NCBI GenBank assembly: GCA_965237415.1
Contig: CBDEFM010000002.1
Span: 1,568,001 to 1,632,000 of the forward strand
Direction of reading: 5' to 3'
Length of the DNA: 64,000 bases
Source: Alphaproteobacteria bacterium
Lineage (GTDB): Bacteria; Pseudomonadota; Alphaproteobacteria; UBA828
The notes below the pieces were generated by a model. The model searched no databases. It was not told where the DNA came from and worked only from the letters and a program-made list of their open reading frames with translations. This document shows positions 44,041 through 53,646 of this stretch, one piece after another. The translations under genes and the position numbers were made by a program. The first letter of the stretch is position 1; each line of letters begins with the position of its first letter.

Positions 44041-44490
44041 ATGCGGTCGACAACCACCCTTTCGTGTCTTGGCGCGTTGGCGTTGGTCGCGGGATTGTGT
44101 GGCGGGGCCAAGGCTTCCGATCTTGCCAACTGTGCCAACGTGAAAGACGACGCAGAGCGGCTTGCCTGCTACGACCTTCTTGCCAGGGAATCATTGTCCC
44201 AAGAGGCGCGTGAAGGTTCTGCCAACGCGAGCGATGAGGCGGCCGAGCGGGAGAAGATCATCTCGAGATGCCGCGAGGAGATGGGCGAGTATGGCAGCGC
44301 AATGGTAAAATACTGCGCCGAAGAAGACATCGCAGCCTACAGGGCTTTGCAAAGCTACCCAGCAGAATTTCGTCCATTTGTCGAGCGCTGTACCCGTGAA
44401 ATGGGCCTATACGGCTGGAGCATGGTCAAGTACTGCGCCGACGAAGACATCGACGCCGAGCGCGCCCTGAACGACATGTTGGCAGACTGA
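44041..44490 (+). CDS. Secreted hypothetical protein with two Cys-containing helical repeats
   Basis: RBS ggagg, signal peptide, RLACYD, repeats CREEMGEYGSAMVKYCAEEDI / CTREMGLYGWSMVKYCADEDI. Confidence 0.65.
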   Translation: MRSTTTLSCLGALALVAGLCGGAKASDLANCANVKDDAERLACYDLLARESLSQEAREGSANASDEAAEREKIISRCREEMGEYGSAMVKYCAEEDIAAYRALQSYPAEFRPFVERCTREMGLYGWSMVKYCADEDIDAERALNDMLAD

Positions 44491-45537
44491 CTAAGGGGAC
44501 CCGCCGACCACCGCCTCGAGCGCCTCGCCCGCCGCATCGACCGCGGCGGCATCGACATCCAGATGCGTGACCGCGCGCAGGCGATGCGGGCCCATGGCGC
44601 CGATCAGCACGCCCTTGGCCCTGAGCGCCTCCGATAGCGCGGCGGCGCTGAGCCCGGTCTCGGCGCAATCGAAGAAGACCAGATTGCTGTCGACGCGGAG
44701 CTGGTCGAGGGTGAGCCGGGGCAGCGCACGCACGGCATCGGCGAGGGTGCGGGCGTTGGCGTGATCCTCGGCGAGGCGCGCGACATGGTGGTCGAGCGCG
44801 TAGAGCCCGGCGGCGGCGAGGATGCCGGATTGCCGCATGGAGCCGCCGAGGCGCTGCTTCCACTGCCACGCGGCCTCGATGAAGGCGGCGGAACCGGCGA
44901 GGACGGCACCCACCGGGCAGCCGAGCCCCTTGCTGAAGTCCACCCAGACCGAATCGAAGGGGGCGGCGTAGCGGGCAGCGTCCACGCCCGCTTCCACGAC
45001 GGCGTTGAGGAGCCGGGCGCCGTCCATATGGAGCAGCAGCCCGTGCGCCTTCGCCGTCTCGCCCACCGCCTCGATGGTCTCGAGCGGCCAGATCGTGCCG
45101 CCGCCCTGATTCGAGGTCTGCTCGACCACAGCGAGCCGCGAGCGCGGCGCATAGCGGTTCACGGCGCGGACCGCATCGGCGAGCTGCTCGGGCGAATAGA
45201 CCCCGGCCTCGCCGTCGAGAGCGCGCACCATGGCGCCGGCGAGCGCCGCCGGGCCGCCGCCTTCGGCGGTGATGATGTGGGCGGTGCGGTCGCAGATCAC
45301 CTCGTCGCCGGGGCGGCAATGGACCAGCAGCGCGATCTCGTTGCACATGGTGCCGGACGGGAGGAAGACGGCGGCCTCCTTGCCCAACAGGGCGGCGACG
45401 CGCGCCTGAAGCGCGTTGACCGTGGGGTCTTCGCCGCGCTGCTCGTCGCCGACCTCGGCCTCGGCCATGGCGTGCCGCATGGCCGCCGTCGGCCGCGTCA
45501 CCGTGTCGCTCCTGAGATCGACGTGATTGCCCGTCAT
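44491..45537 (-). CDS. ltaE: Low-specificity L-threonine aldolase
   Basis: [32 protein letters not shown]. Confidence 0.9.
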   Translation of the reverse strand: MTGNHVDLRSDTVTRPTAAMRHAMAEAEVGDEQRGEDPTVNALQARVAALLGKEAAVFLPSGTMCNEIALLVHCRPGDEVICDRTAHIITAEGGGPAALAGAMVRALDGEAGVYSPEQLADAVRAVNRYAPRSRLAVVEQTSNQGGGTIWPLETIEAVGETAKAHGLLLHMDGARLLNAVVEAGVDAARYAAPFDSVWVDFSKGLGCPVGAVLAGSAAFIEAAWQWKQRLGGSMRQSGILAAAGLYALDHHVARLAEDHANARTLADAVRALPRLTLDQLRVDSNLVFFDCAETGLSAAALSEALRAKGVLIGAMGPHRLRAVTHLDVDAAAVDAAGEALEAVVGGSP

Positions 45538-45859
45538 GCCACCCTCTCCTCAATTGTTAGTTGGCGCCCGTCGCCGAGCAATGATGCCACCGAGCCGGCG
45601 CCGCCTACAGCCCCTCTTGAATGGGCCCCTATTCTCTCCCGGCGTTCGCCTATGCGTCGCTCGCCCCAGTCGCTATGGTCGAATGCCCTGCCGACGACGC
45701 GGCGGGGCCATCCGCGACCGTCACCGATCGATGCCGACGTCCCTTGAGGCAATAGCATTGGGTTTGAGTGCGACCAGCGCTGGCGCCGTTGTCCGTAACG
45801 AGGCCTGCGCGTGCCCCGGACGGTGCGAAACGCCGCACCGTCGGTGCTCTCAATAGCGC

Positions 45860-47119
45860 GTGCGGCCCGCCGCTCCCTCGTCCGCCGTGCCGCCCCACGA
45901 GCATGGCTATCGCTGGGCCATGCTGGGCGGGGTGTGGCTGATCTATTTGGGGTTCGGCCTGCTCTCGGTGGCGATGGCGCCGCTGGTCGACCCCATCAGC
46001 CGCGATCTCGGCCTGAGCTACACCACCATGGGCGCCATCCTGGGCGCCTGGCCCCTTGTCTACATCGTGGCGGCAGCGCCCTGCGGGGCGTTCGTCGACC
46101 GCGTCGGCCTCAAGTGGTCGCTGTTTATCGCCGTTCTCGTCATTGCCGCGTCGGGCGGATTGCGCGCCGTGGCCTTCGACGCCGCGACGCTGTTCGTGGC
46201 CGTCGGGCTCTTCGGCATCGGCGGCCCGCTCGTTTCGATCGGCGCGCCGAAGGCGATCGCGCAATGGTTCCAGGGCGCGGAGCGCGGGCTCGCCATGGGC
46301 GTCTACATCACCGGCCCCGCGCTCGGCAACATGCTCGCGCTGGCCCTGACCAACAGCGTGCTGATGCCGCTGACGGGCGGGAACTGGCGCCAGGTCCTGC
46401 TGATCTATTCGGGCTTCATCCTCGCTACCGGCCTCGCCTGGTTTCTGCTGGGGAGCCACCCCATCAACCGCGTGGTGGAGCGCGCCGGACGCCATCGCGA
46501 GACGGTCGCGGGCCAGATGGCGGTCTTTGCAAGGCTGCTGCGCCTGCCAAGCATCCAGGTCATCCTGGCGATCAGCATCGGCGCCTTCTTTTTTCATCAT
46601 GCTCTGAGCAATTGGCTGCCCGAGATCCTGCGCACGGGCGGCATGACGCCCGATGTCGCCGGCATCTGGTCGGCCGTACCCACCGCCATCGGGATCGTCG
46701 GCGCGCTGTTGATCCCGAGGCTCGCGACGCCGCCCAGGCGCTTCGCGATCCTGTTCGGGCTGTCGCTCTGTGCCGGCGCGGGCGCGCTGATGCTGCTGGT
46801 CGCAGGGACGCCGGCGCTGGTCGTGGCGATGATCCTTCAGGGTATCGGCCGCGGCTCGCTGATCGCCGTGCTGATCCTCGTCCTGATGGAAACCCGCGGC
46901 GTCGACGCCCGCCACACCGGGGCTGCGGTCGGACTGTTCTTCTCGGCGGCTGAGATCGGCGGCGTGCTGGGGCCGCTTGCGATCGGCGCGGCGTCGGATC
47001 TGACGGGCGGGTTCGATGCGGGCCTATGGCTCCTCGGCGCCGTGAGCGGCGCGGTCATCGGCCTGCTCTGTCTGCACCGCGGCATCGAGCGGCGGGATGC
47101 GGCGATGCCCCCGGTCTGA
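45860..47119 (+). CDS. MFS transporter
   Basis: About 12 hydrophobic segments; GAFVDRVGLK motif. Confidence 0.88.
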   Translation: MRPAAPSSAVPPHEHGYRWAMLGGVWLIYLGFGLLSVAMAPLVDPISRDLGLSYTTMGAILGAWPLVYIVAAAPCGAFVDRVGLKWSLFIAVLVIAASGGLRAVAFDAATLFVAVGLFGIGGPLVSIGAPKAIAQWFQGAERGLAMGVYITGPALGNMLALALTNSVLMPLTGGNWRQVLLIYSGFILATGLAWFLLGSHPINRVVERAGRHRETVAGQMAVFARLLRLPSIQVILAISIGAFFFHHALSNWLPEILRTGGMTPDVAGIWSAVPTAIGIVGALLIPRLATPPRRFAILFGLSLCAGAGALMLLVAGTPALVVAMILQGIGRGSLIAVLILVLMETRGVDARHTGAAVGLFFSAAEIGGVLGPLAIGAASDLTGGFDAGLWLLGAVSGAVIGLLCLHRGIERRDAAMPPV

Positions 47120-47127
47120 CTGAACTC

Positions 47128-47766
47128 TCAGGCCGGCGCGAGCACGAAGTCGAAGCGCCCGCGCCAGGCGTCGTCGGCACGGTCGAGCCGCATGACGAGG
47201 TCGTCCCGATATATCCAGTCGCGGTCGTTCTTCTCCTGCATGTCGGCAAAATAGACCTGGGTGGTGAGCAGGCGGGTCGCCTCGCCCTGCACCCTCACAT
47301 GGATATGGGGCGTACGGCCGGTGTAGTGCCCCGGCCGGATCGTCTCGATCCGGAAGGCGCCGGCCGCATCGGTGAACTGATGCCCGCGATAACGGAAGCT
47401 CCGGTTGTCGTAGTAGCCGTGCTCGTCGCAATGCCAGACGTCGATCACCGCGCCGGCGAGCGGCCGGCAGTCGTGCGCAAGCACCAGGCCCTTGAAAACG
47501 AGCGGCTCTCCGCCGGTATCCGGCTCGCGCAGCGTGTCCCGCTGCGGCGTCTGCGGCGTGTAGAACGGCCCCGCCGTCTGCGAGCGCGTGCCGGGCGTGC
47601 ACGGCTTGGGCGGCGCGAGGCCGAGCCCACGGTCGGCGGCCGGGCCTGAGAACGTGTAGCCCGGCGACGCCGAGCCGGTGCGCGCGAAGAACGGGACCGC
47701 TGCGGCACCCGCCGCGGCCGCCAGCCCGGTCACTGCCCATCGGCGTGTCACGGAGCGGACTCTCAT
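47128..47766 (-). CDS. Intradiol ring-cleavage dioxygenase family protein with Tat-like signal
   Basis: TRR signal, GPFY, WHCDEHGYYD, PGHYTGRTPHIH. Confidence 0.88.
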   Translation of the reverse strand: MRVRSVTRRWAVTGLAAAAGAAAVPFFARTGSASPGYTFSGPAADRGLGLAPPKPCTPGTRSQTAGPFYTPQTPQRDTLREPDTGGEPLVFKGLVLAHDCRPLAGAVIDVWHCDEHGYYDNRSFRYRGHQFTDAAGAFRIETIRPGHYTGRTPHIHVRVQGEATRLLTTQVYFADMQEKNDRDWIYRDDLVMRLDRADDAWRGRFDFVLAPA

Positions 47767-47892
47767 CGCATCAGAGTAGCCCGTCCCGAACCATGCGCTA
47801 AAGCCGAAACGACGCTCCAATCCTCGCGACTCAGCCCTGAGTGCATATAGGCCTTCGCTCTCGATGGCCGTGACCGTGGCGGGAATTGCGGG

Positions 47893-49491
47893 CTAAGGCC
47901 GGGGCGGGAGCAGGACGCCGGGGTTGAGGATCTCGTTGGGGTCGAGGGCGCGCTTCGCCGCCGCCAGCGCCTCGCCGAAGAGTTTGGGCCGCTGGGCCTC
48001 GTACCAGGGCATGTGATCGCGGCCAACGGAATGGTGGTGGGTGATCGTCCCGCCCGCGCCGATCAGTGCGTCGGAGGCCGCCCCTTTGATCGCCCGCCAC
48101 TGCTCGATCTCGGCGCCGGGCGCGGGTGCCGCGTGATAGGTGAAGTAGGGCACGGGCCCGTCGGGGTACACGTGGGTGAAGCGGCAGGTCACGTGCCCTG
48201 GCCCACCGGTCGCATCTTGGATTGCACGCTCCGTCGCCGCCTTGACGCTGGCGTGGAACTCTTCGAAGCGATCCCAGGTGATCGCGGTCTCGAAGGTGTC
48301 GTGCAGCAGGCCGTGGGCGATCAACCCTTCGCGGTCGTAGGGCGCACGGATGAAGGCCTCGCGCCAGGCATCGGCCAGCGGGTCTCGCGCCTGCGCCGCC
48401 GCCTCCGGGTCGAAGTCGGCACCGTGGTCCGCCATGCATTCCAGCGCGCGGCTCATCCAGGCGTCCACGGGATGGTCGGCGCTTTCGAATGCGAGCACGG
48501 CGAGGTGAAAGCTGCCGTCGCCCGCGCCCGCGAGCCGGGCCTCCTCGGAATCGACGAGGCGCAGGTTGGTCGGGTAGAGCCCGGCCTGGCCCACGGCGCG
48601 GATCGCTGCGGCAGCCGCCGCGAAATCGGCGAAGCGAAGCGCGGCGGACGCGCGATGGGTCGGCCGGTCCTGCAGCCGCATCCAGGCCTCGGTGATGATG
48701 CCGAGCGCACCCTCGGAGCCAATCATCAGCCGGTCAGGGCTCGGCCCCGCGCCGGAGCCCGGCAGGCGGCGACTTTCCAGCGTGCCGGCCGGCGTCACCG
48801 TGCGCAGGCTCTCCACGAACTCGTCGATGTGGGTGTAGAGCGTGGCGTAGTGGCCGCCGGAGCGGGTGGCGATCCAGCCGCCGAGGGTCGAGAAGCCGAA
48901 GGATTGCGGGAAGTGCCGGAGCGTGAGCCCCGCCGGCTTGAGCTGGGCTTCGAGCGCGGGCCCGAGCACGCCGCCCTGAATGCGGGCCGCGCGGGAGACC
49001 CGGTCGATCTCCAGAACCCTGTCCAGGCGGCCCAAGTCGATGGTGAGGACGCCGGCGAAACTGTCCCCGACGCTGGGCTCGACGCCCCCCACCACGGTCG
49101 ACCCCGCGCCATAGGGTATGACCGCAAGCCCCGCATCGCCCGCCCAGTCGAGCAGCGCGGCGACGTCCGCCTCGTCCTCGGGGTAGGCGACGACATCCGG
49201 CGCCACGGCGAAATCCCGTCTCCACGCGCGGACGTAGTCCGGGTACGACTTGCCGTAGGTATGGCTCGCGCGGCAGTAGGCATCGCTGTGGCAGAGCGCG
49301 GCGAGCGCACCGGGCGGTGTCACCCGCGGCGCCGGCAGGTCCAGCTCGTCGATCTTGGGCGGCGCACGATAGGGGCCGGGCGTGAGCCCGGTCAGCGACC
49401 CCACCCGCCGGGCGATCCGCCCCGCATCGGCCTCGCTGAGCGTCTCCGATTCGAGGCCCCAGCCCCAGAACTTGCGCCGCGCCTCCGTCAT
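47893..49491 (-). CDS. FAD-linked oxidase (alkyl-DHAP synthase-like)
   Basis: FWGWG, HFPQSFGFSTLGGW, GSEGALGIITE, ITHHHSVG. Confidence 0.88.
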   Translation of the reverse strand: MTEARRKFWGWGLESETLSEADAGRIARRVGSLTGLTPGPYRAPPKIDELDLPAPRVTPPGALAALCHSDAYCRASHTYGKSYPDYVRAWRRDFAVAPDVVAYPEDEADVAALLDWAGDAGLAVIPYGAGSTVVGGVEPSVGDSFAGVLTIDLGRLDRVLEIDRVSRAARIQGGVLGPALEAQLKPAGLTLRHFPQSFGFSTLGGWIATRSGGHYATLYTHIDEFVESLRTVTPAGTLESRRLPGSGAGPSPDRLMIGSEGALGIITEAWMRLQDRPTHRASAALRFADFAAAAAAIRAVGQAGLYPTNLRLVDSEEARLAGAGDGSFHLAVLAFESADHPVDAWMSRALECMADHGADFDPEAAAQARDPLADAWREAFIRAPYDREGLIAHGLLHDTFETAITWDRFEEFHASVKAATERAIQDATGGPGHVTCRFTHVYPDGPVPYFTYHAAPAPGAEIEQWRAIKGAASDALIGAGGTITHHHSVGRDHMPWYEAQRPKLFGEALAAAKRALDPNEILNPGVLLPPRP

Positions 49492-49496
49492 GCCGT

Positions 49497-50336
49497 TCAA
49501 CTCCCCGAAGCCAGCGCCCGCGGCGGATGCGCGGCGCCGCGATAAAGCACCTCGGCCTGCACCTCGACCTTGCGCCGCCATGCCGCCCGCGCCGCCGGGC
49601 TCATCTCTTCCGCCGGGCGCGGATCGACGTCGAAATGGTGGAAGCGGTCGACGCCCCGCACCAGCATCGCGGACTCGCGCGGCTCATGCTGGAAGGCGTG
49701 CGTGGGCACATACTCGATGAGGAAGACGATGCGCCGGTCGCAGCTCCGGTTAGGGCCGGAGGAATGGCAGATCGCGTTGTTGAAGAAGACCGCCTCGCCC
49801 GCCGCCATCGGGAGCGAGACCGCAGCGTCCTCGTCGATGGGCGCGTCGATCTGCTGCTCGCGGGTGAGCAGGCTGTCGCTCCCGAAGTGCTCGCGGTGCG
49901 GCAGCAGCGCCCCCCGGTGAGAGCCGGGGATCACGCGGAGGCACCCGGCGTCGGTGCCGCAATCGGAGAGCGCCAACGCGGCGATCGCCACGATCGGCCT
50001 GATGTCGCAGTAGGCGGTGTCCTGATGCCACCCGGCGAAGGTCTTGCCGTCCGCCTCCTTGAGCCTGAGCGAGACGCCCCACACCAGCAGGTTGGGGCCG
50101 AGCAGGTCTTCCATCGGGTCGAGCAGGCCGGGGAGGCGCGTGAAAGAGTCGATCCACGGGCAGAGCAGAGAGGCGCCCTGGTCGAGCATGTGGCGCTCCT
50201 CCGGCCAGCGCCGCTCGAAGCGCTCCAGTTGCGCGCGGTAGTGCCCGGCTTCCGCCGCGCTCATGGCGCGGATGGGCCCGCTATAGCCCGCTTCCCGAAA
50301 TCCCCGCCGCTCCGCCTCGCTCAGCCGCTTCGGCAT
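49497..50336 (-). CDS. Phytanoyl-CoA dioxygenase family protein
   Basis: WHQD, IPGSH, HSSGPNRS..RR. Confidence 0.88.
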   Translation of the reverse strand: MPKRLSEAERRGFREAGYSGPIRAMSAAEAGHYRAQLERFERRWPEERHMLDQGASLLCPWIDSFTRLPGLLDPMEDLLGPNLLVWGVSLRLKEADGKTFAGWHQDTAYCDIRPIVAIAALALSDCGTDAGCLRVIPGSHRGALLPHREHFGSDSLLTREQQIDAPIDEDAAVSLPMAAGEAVFFNNAICHSSGPNRSCDRRIVFLIEYVPTHAFQHEPRESAMLVRGVDRFHHFDVDPRPAEEMSPAARAAWRRKVEVQAEVLYRGAAHPPRALASGS

Positions 50337-50441
50337 CCGACTGCCCGCCTGGGTATCCCTTGTACGCAGTCATAGCAGGATTCGCCGCGCCAAGTGAGCC
50401 GTTCGGCGGCCGCCGAACGGGCTTGAGGCGTTGCAGGCCGG

Positions 50442-51218
50442 CTAATCGAAGCCGCAGGCCTCCACGGTCGCAATCAGGGCGGACCAGATGCCGTCCCGCT
50501 CCCCGTAGCAGCCCATGCGCCACTGCCCCTGGTGGATATCCCCATCGGCGAAGGTGGCGGTTCCGAAACCGTGCGGCTTGTCGTCGCTCCAGGTTCCCTT
50601 GTAGCGGTGGCCGACGGCCCAGGTGTAGGTTCCGCTTCCGTGCCTTTGGCCGCTGCGCCATTCGCCGACGTAGCGGCTGCCGTCGCTCCGCCTCAGGGTG
50701 CCGCTTCCGTGCCGCTTGCCGGCCAGCACAAAGCCTTCGTAAACGTGCTTGCCGAAGCGGCTGCGCCAGACCAGCCGCCCCTTCCCCGAGGCCTTGCCGT
50801 TCACGCAGTTACCCGACCAGGTGAACCGCTTGTGCTTGTCGCCCATCCCGCCATTCCACACCTGGCACGGCTGATTCTCGGTGATGGACCAGTCGGAGCC
50901 GAGCGGCTGGAGGGGCGCCGAGAACGCCGCCGCCTTCAGGAGCGGCGCGTAGATGAAGGCCTCGCTGCCGTCCCCGCGCAGATCGACCCTGAGCCAGTCG
51001 CGGTCCCGAACGGCGCCGGTCACGCGCACGGTGACGCCCTCGGCAAGGACAACGCGCACGGCATAGTCTTGGCCGGGACCGGTGCGCACATTCGCCGGCG
51101 TCGCCACCGTCATCACCCGGTTGACGGGATCGACCGTGTAGTCCTCCGCCGCGTTCGCGTCCGCAATCCAGATAATGGCCGCGGCAAGCGCCGCGGCCAG
51201 TGTCGCGAGCGTTCTCAT
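50442..51218 (-). CDS. Secreted SH3b + MORN-repeat protein
   Basis: ANVRTGPG; repeats YVGEWRSGQRHGSG / YKGTWSDDKPHGFG. Confidence 0.85.
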   Translation of the reverse strand: MRTLATLAAALAAAIIWIADANAAEDYTVDPVNRVMTVATPANVRTGPGQDYAVRVVLAEGVTVRVTGAVRDRDWLRVDLRGDGSEAFIYAPLLKAAAFSAPLQPLGSDWSITENQPCQVWNGGMGDKHKRFTWSGNCVNGKASGKGRLVWRSRFGKHVYEGFVLAGKRHGSGTLRRSDGSRYVGEWRSGQRHGSGTYTWAVGHRYKGTWSDDKPHGFGTATFADGDIHQGQWRMGCYGERDGIWSALIATVEACGFD

Positions 51219-51287
51219 GGTTCCCCCCGTATGCGCCTTGTTGGACCGGCGCTCGATACGTCCTCGCCGTTATCGGCCATGAGCCGC

Positions 51288-51418
51288 TATTCACCTGACA
51301 CTGAAGTTGAGATCATTTTCAATTGGCAGTGTCGTCACACTAAGTCGCTCTATTGTCGAAGAATGTGGTCGTGCAATATAGTTGTCTTTATGTGGCGAAC
51401 TTCAGATTCAGGTGACTA
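51288..51418. mobile_element. IS630-derived MITE
   Basis: Ends tattcacctgacactgaagt and cgaacttcagattcaggtgacta match the ends of the IS630 at 22560-23748. Confidence 0.75.
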
Positions 51419-51572
51419 TGTCGTCAGAGCATATTACAAACTTCGCATCTCCCCTACTCCTTCGCCGGAGTGCGCGGCAACCGGTGACACCTCCATCGGC
51501 GCGGCCCTTGCGCCGCCCGGCCGCCGGTTGCGAGGATGCGTGCGCCTTTGAGGAACAGGCGTCGGGGGGCGG

Positions 51573-53636
51573 GTGAGCCAGTATCAGGTCTCGATCGACA
51601 TCGGCGGGACCTTCACCGACTGCGTGGTCTCGGACGGGGCGCGGCTTGCGGTGGTCAAGGCGCCCTCCACCCCGCCCGCGTTCGAGCGGGGCTTCATGGA
51701 CGCGCTCGGTCTCGCGGCCCGCGCCTTCGACAGCGATCTCGCGGACTTCCTCGCCCGCACCCGGCGCATCGTGCACGGCACCACGGTCGCCACCAACGCG
51801 CTGGTGGAGGGCCGCACCGGCGCGGTCGGGCTGATCTGCACCGCAGGCCACCCCGACGTGCTGACGCTCCGCGAGGCACCGCGCAAGCGCGCCTTCGACT
51901 GGCGGCTCGACTATCCGAAGCCCTTCGTCCCCCGCACCAGAACGTATGAAGTCCGCGGCCGGATCGACGCGCGCGGTAACGAGATCGCGGCGCTCTCGGA
52001 AGACGACGTGCATGCGGCGGTCGATCACTTCAAGCGCTGCCCGGTGGACGCGATCGCCGTCAGCCTGCTCTGGTCGGTGGTGGAGCCCGCGCACGAAGAG
52101 CGGGTGGGCGCGATTGTGGGCGAGCTCTGGCCCGAGGTGCCGGTGACGCTCAGCCACGCGCTCAACCCGATCCCGCGCGAATACCGCCGCACCATCGCGA
52201 CCGCCATCGACGCCTCGCTGCACGGCATCGTGCCCGCCTATCTGGGCCGGCTGGAGGGCGCGGTGCGCGAAGCGGGCTTCGCCGGCACGCTCCTCGTCGC
52301 CAACTGCCAGGGCGGCATGATGACGGTGGGCGAGATCGCCGCGCGGCCGATCCACGCGGTCATGAGCGGCCCGACGCTCGCCCCCATCGCCGCGCTCAGC
52401 ATTTCGGACGAGCCCGACATCGTCGTCATTGACATGGGCGGCACCACCTTCGATGTCTCGGCGATCCGCGCCCGCAGCCTGATCCGCACCAGCGAAGCGC
52501 CGATCGTGGACGACCTGCTGGGCCTGCCGAAGATCGACGTGCGCTCGGTGGGCGCCGGCGGCGGCAGCATCGCCTGGGTCGATTCCGGCGGCCTGCTGCG
52601 GGTGGGCCCCGTAAGCGCCGGCGCCGATCCGGGGCCTGCGGCTTACGGACGCGGGGGGACGCGGCCCACCGTGACCGACGCCAACCTGGTGCTGGGACTG
52701 CTCGACCCCGGCTACTTCCTCGGCGGCCGCCTCGCCCTCGATGCGGACGCCGCGCACCGCGCGGTCGGCCGGGTGGCCGACGCGCTCGGGCTCGACGTGG
52801 CGGAGGCGGCCTATGCGATCCACGTCACCAGCAACGAGAACATGATCGCGGCTATTGAGGACATCACCGTCAACGAAGGCATCGATCCGCGCGAGAGTGT
52901 TCTGGTGGCGGGCGGGGGGGCCACCGCCTGCCACATCGGCGAGATGGCCCGCGCGCTCGGCATCGACCGGTTCATGGTGCCGGGCGTCGCCGCGGGCCTG
53001 AGCGCCTTCGGCGGATTGGCCACGGACATCAGAGGCGAAGAGACGGCGACGCTCCACACCAGCAACCGCCACTTCGCCGTCGACGCAGTCAACCGCACAC
53101 TCGCCACGCTCTCGGAGCGGGCGCGGCGCTTCCTCGAGCGCGCCGGCGTGCCGGCGGCGGAGCGCCGCTACGAATACTCCTTTCAGGCCCGCTACAAGTA
53201 CCAGTCCTGGGAAATCGAGGCGCTCTTCGAGCCGGGGGAATGCGGGCTCGGGGCCGACGACGTGCCGGTGCTTTCGGCCGCCTTCCACGACATGCATGAG
53301 CGCATCCACACCATTCGGGAAGACGACGGCGAGGTGGAGTTCACGACCTGGACCGTGCGCGCCATCGGCACGGGCGGCGGCGCCGACGCAGGATGGGCCG
53401 CCACACAGGGCAGCGGAGACCTGCCCGAGCGGGGACGGCGCAGCGTTTATCTCGGCGAGGAACGAGCCTTCCGTGCGCTTCCCGCCTACGACGGCAACGC
53501 ACCGGCGGCGGGCGCGGAGATCGCGGGCCCTGCCCTGATCGACAGCGACACGACGACGATCCTGCTGCTTGCCGGCCAGCGGGCACGCACCGACTCGCAC
53601 GGCAACTTCCACATCTTCCCCGATGCGAGCGACTGA
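51573..53636 (+). CDS. Hydantoinase A/oxoprolinase subunit
   Basis: DIGGTFTD, HGTTVATNA, DMGGTTFD, GAGGGS, PTVTDAN. Confidence 0.93.
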   Translation: MSQYQVSIDIGGTFTDCVVSDGARLAVVKAPSTPPAFERGFMDALGLAARAFDSDLADFLARTRRIVHGTTVATNALVEGRTGAVGLICTAGHPDVLTLREAPRKRAFDWRLDYPKPFVPRTRTYEVRGRIDARGNEIAALSEDDVHAAVDHFKRCPVDAIAVSLLWSVVEPAHEERVGAIVGELWPEVPVTLSHALNPIPREYRRTIATAIDASLHGIVPAYLGRLEGAVREAGFAGTLLVANCQGGMMTVGEIAARPIHAVMSGPTLAPIAALSISDEPDIVVIDMGGTTFDVSAIRARSLIRTSEAPIVDDLLGLPKIDVRSVGAGGGSIAWVDSGGLLRVGPVSAGADPGPAAYGRGGTRPTVTDANLVLGLLDPGYFLGGRLALDADAAHRAVGRVADALGLDVAEAAYAIHVTSNENMIAAIEDITVNEGIDPRESVLVAGGGATACHIGEMARALGIDRFMVPGVAAGLSAFGGLATDIRGEETATLHTSNRHFAVDAVNRTLATLSERARRFLERAGVPAAERRYEYSFQARYKYQSWEIEALFEPGECGLGADDVPVLSAAFHDMHERIHTIREDDGEVEFTTWTVRAIGTGGGADAGWAATQGSGDLPERGRRSVYLGEERAFRALPAYDGNAPAAGAEIAGPALIDSDTTTILLLAGQRARTDSHGNFHIFPDASD

Positions 53637-53646
53637 GGGCACCGGC

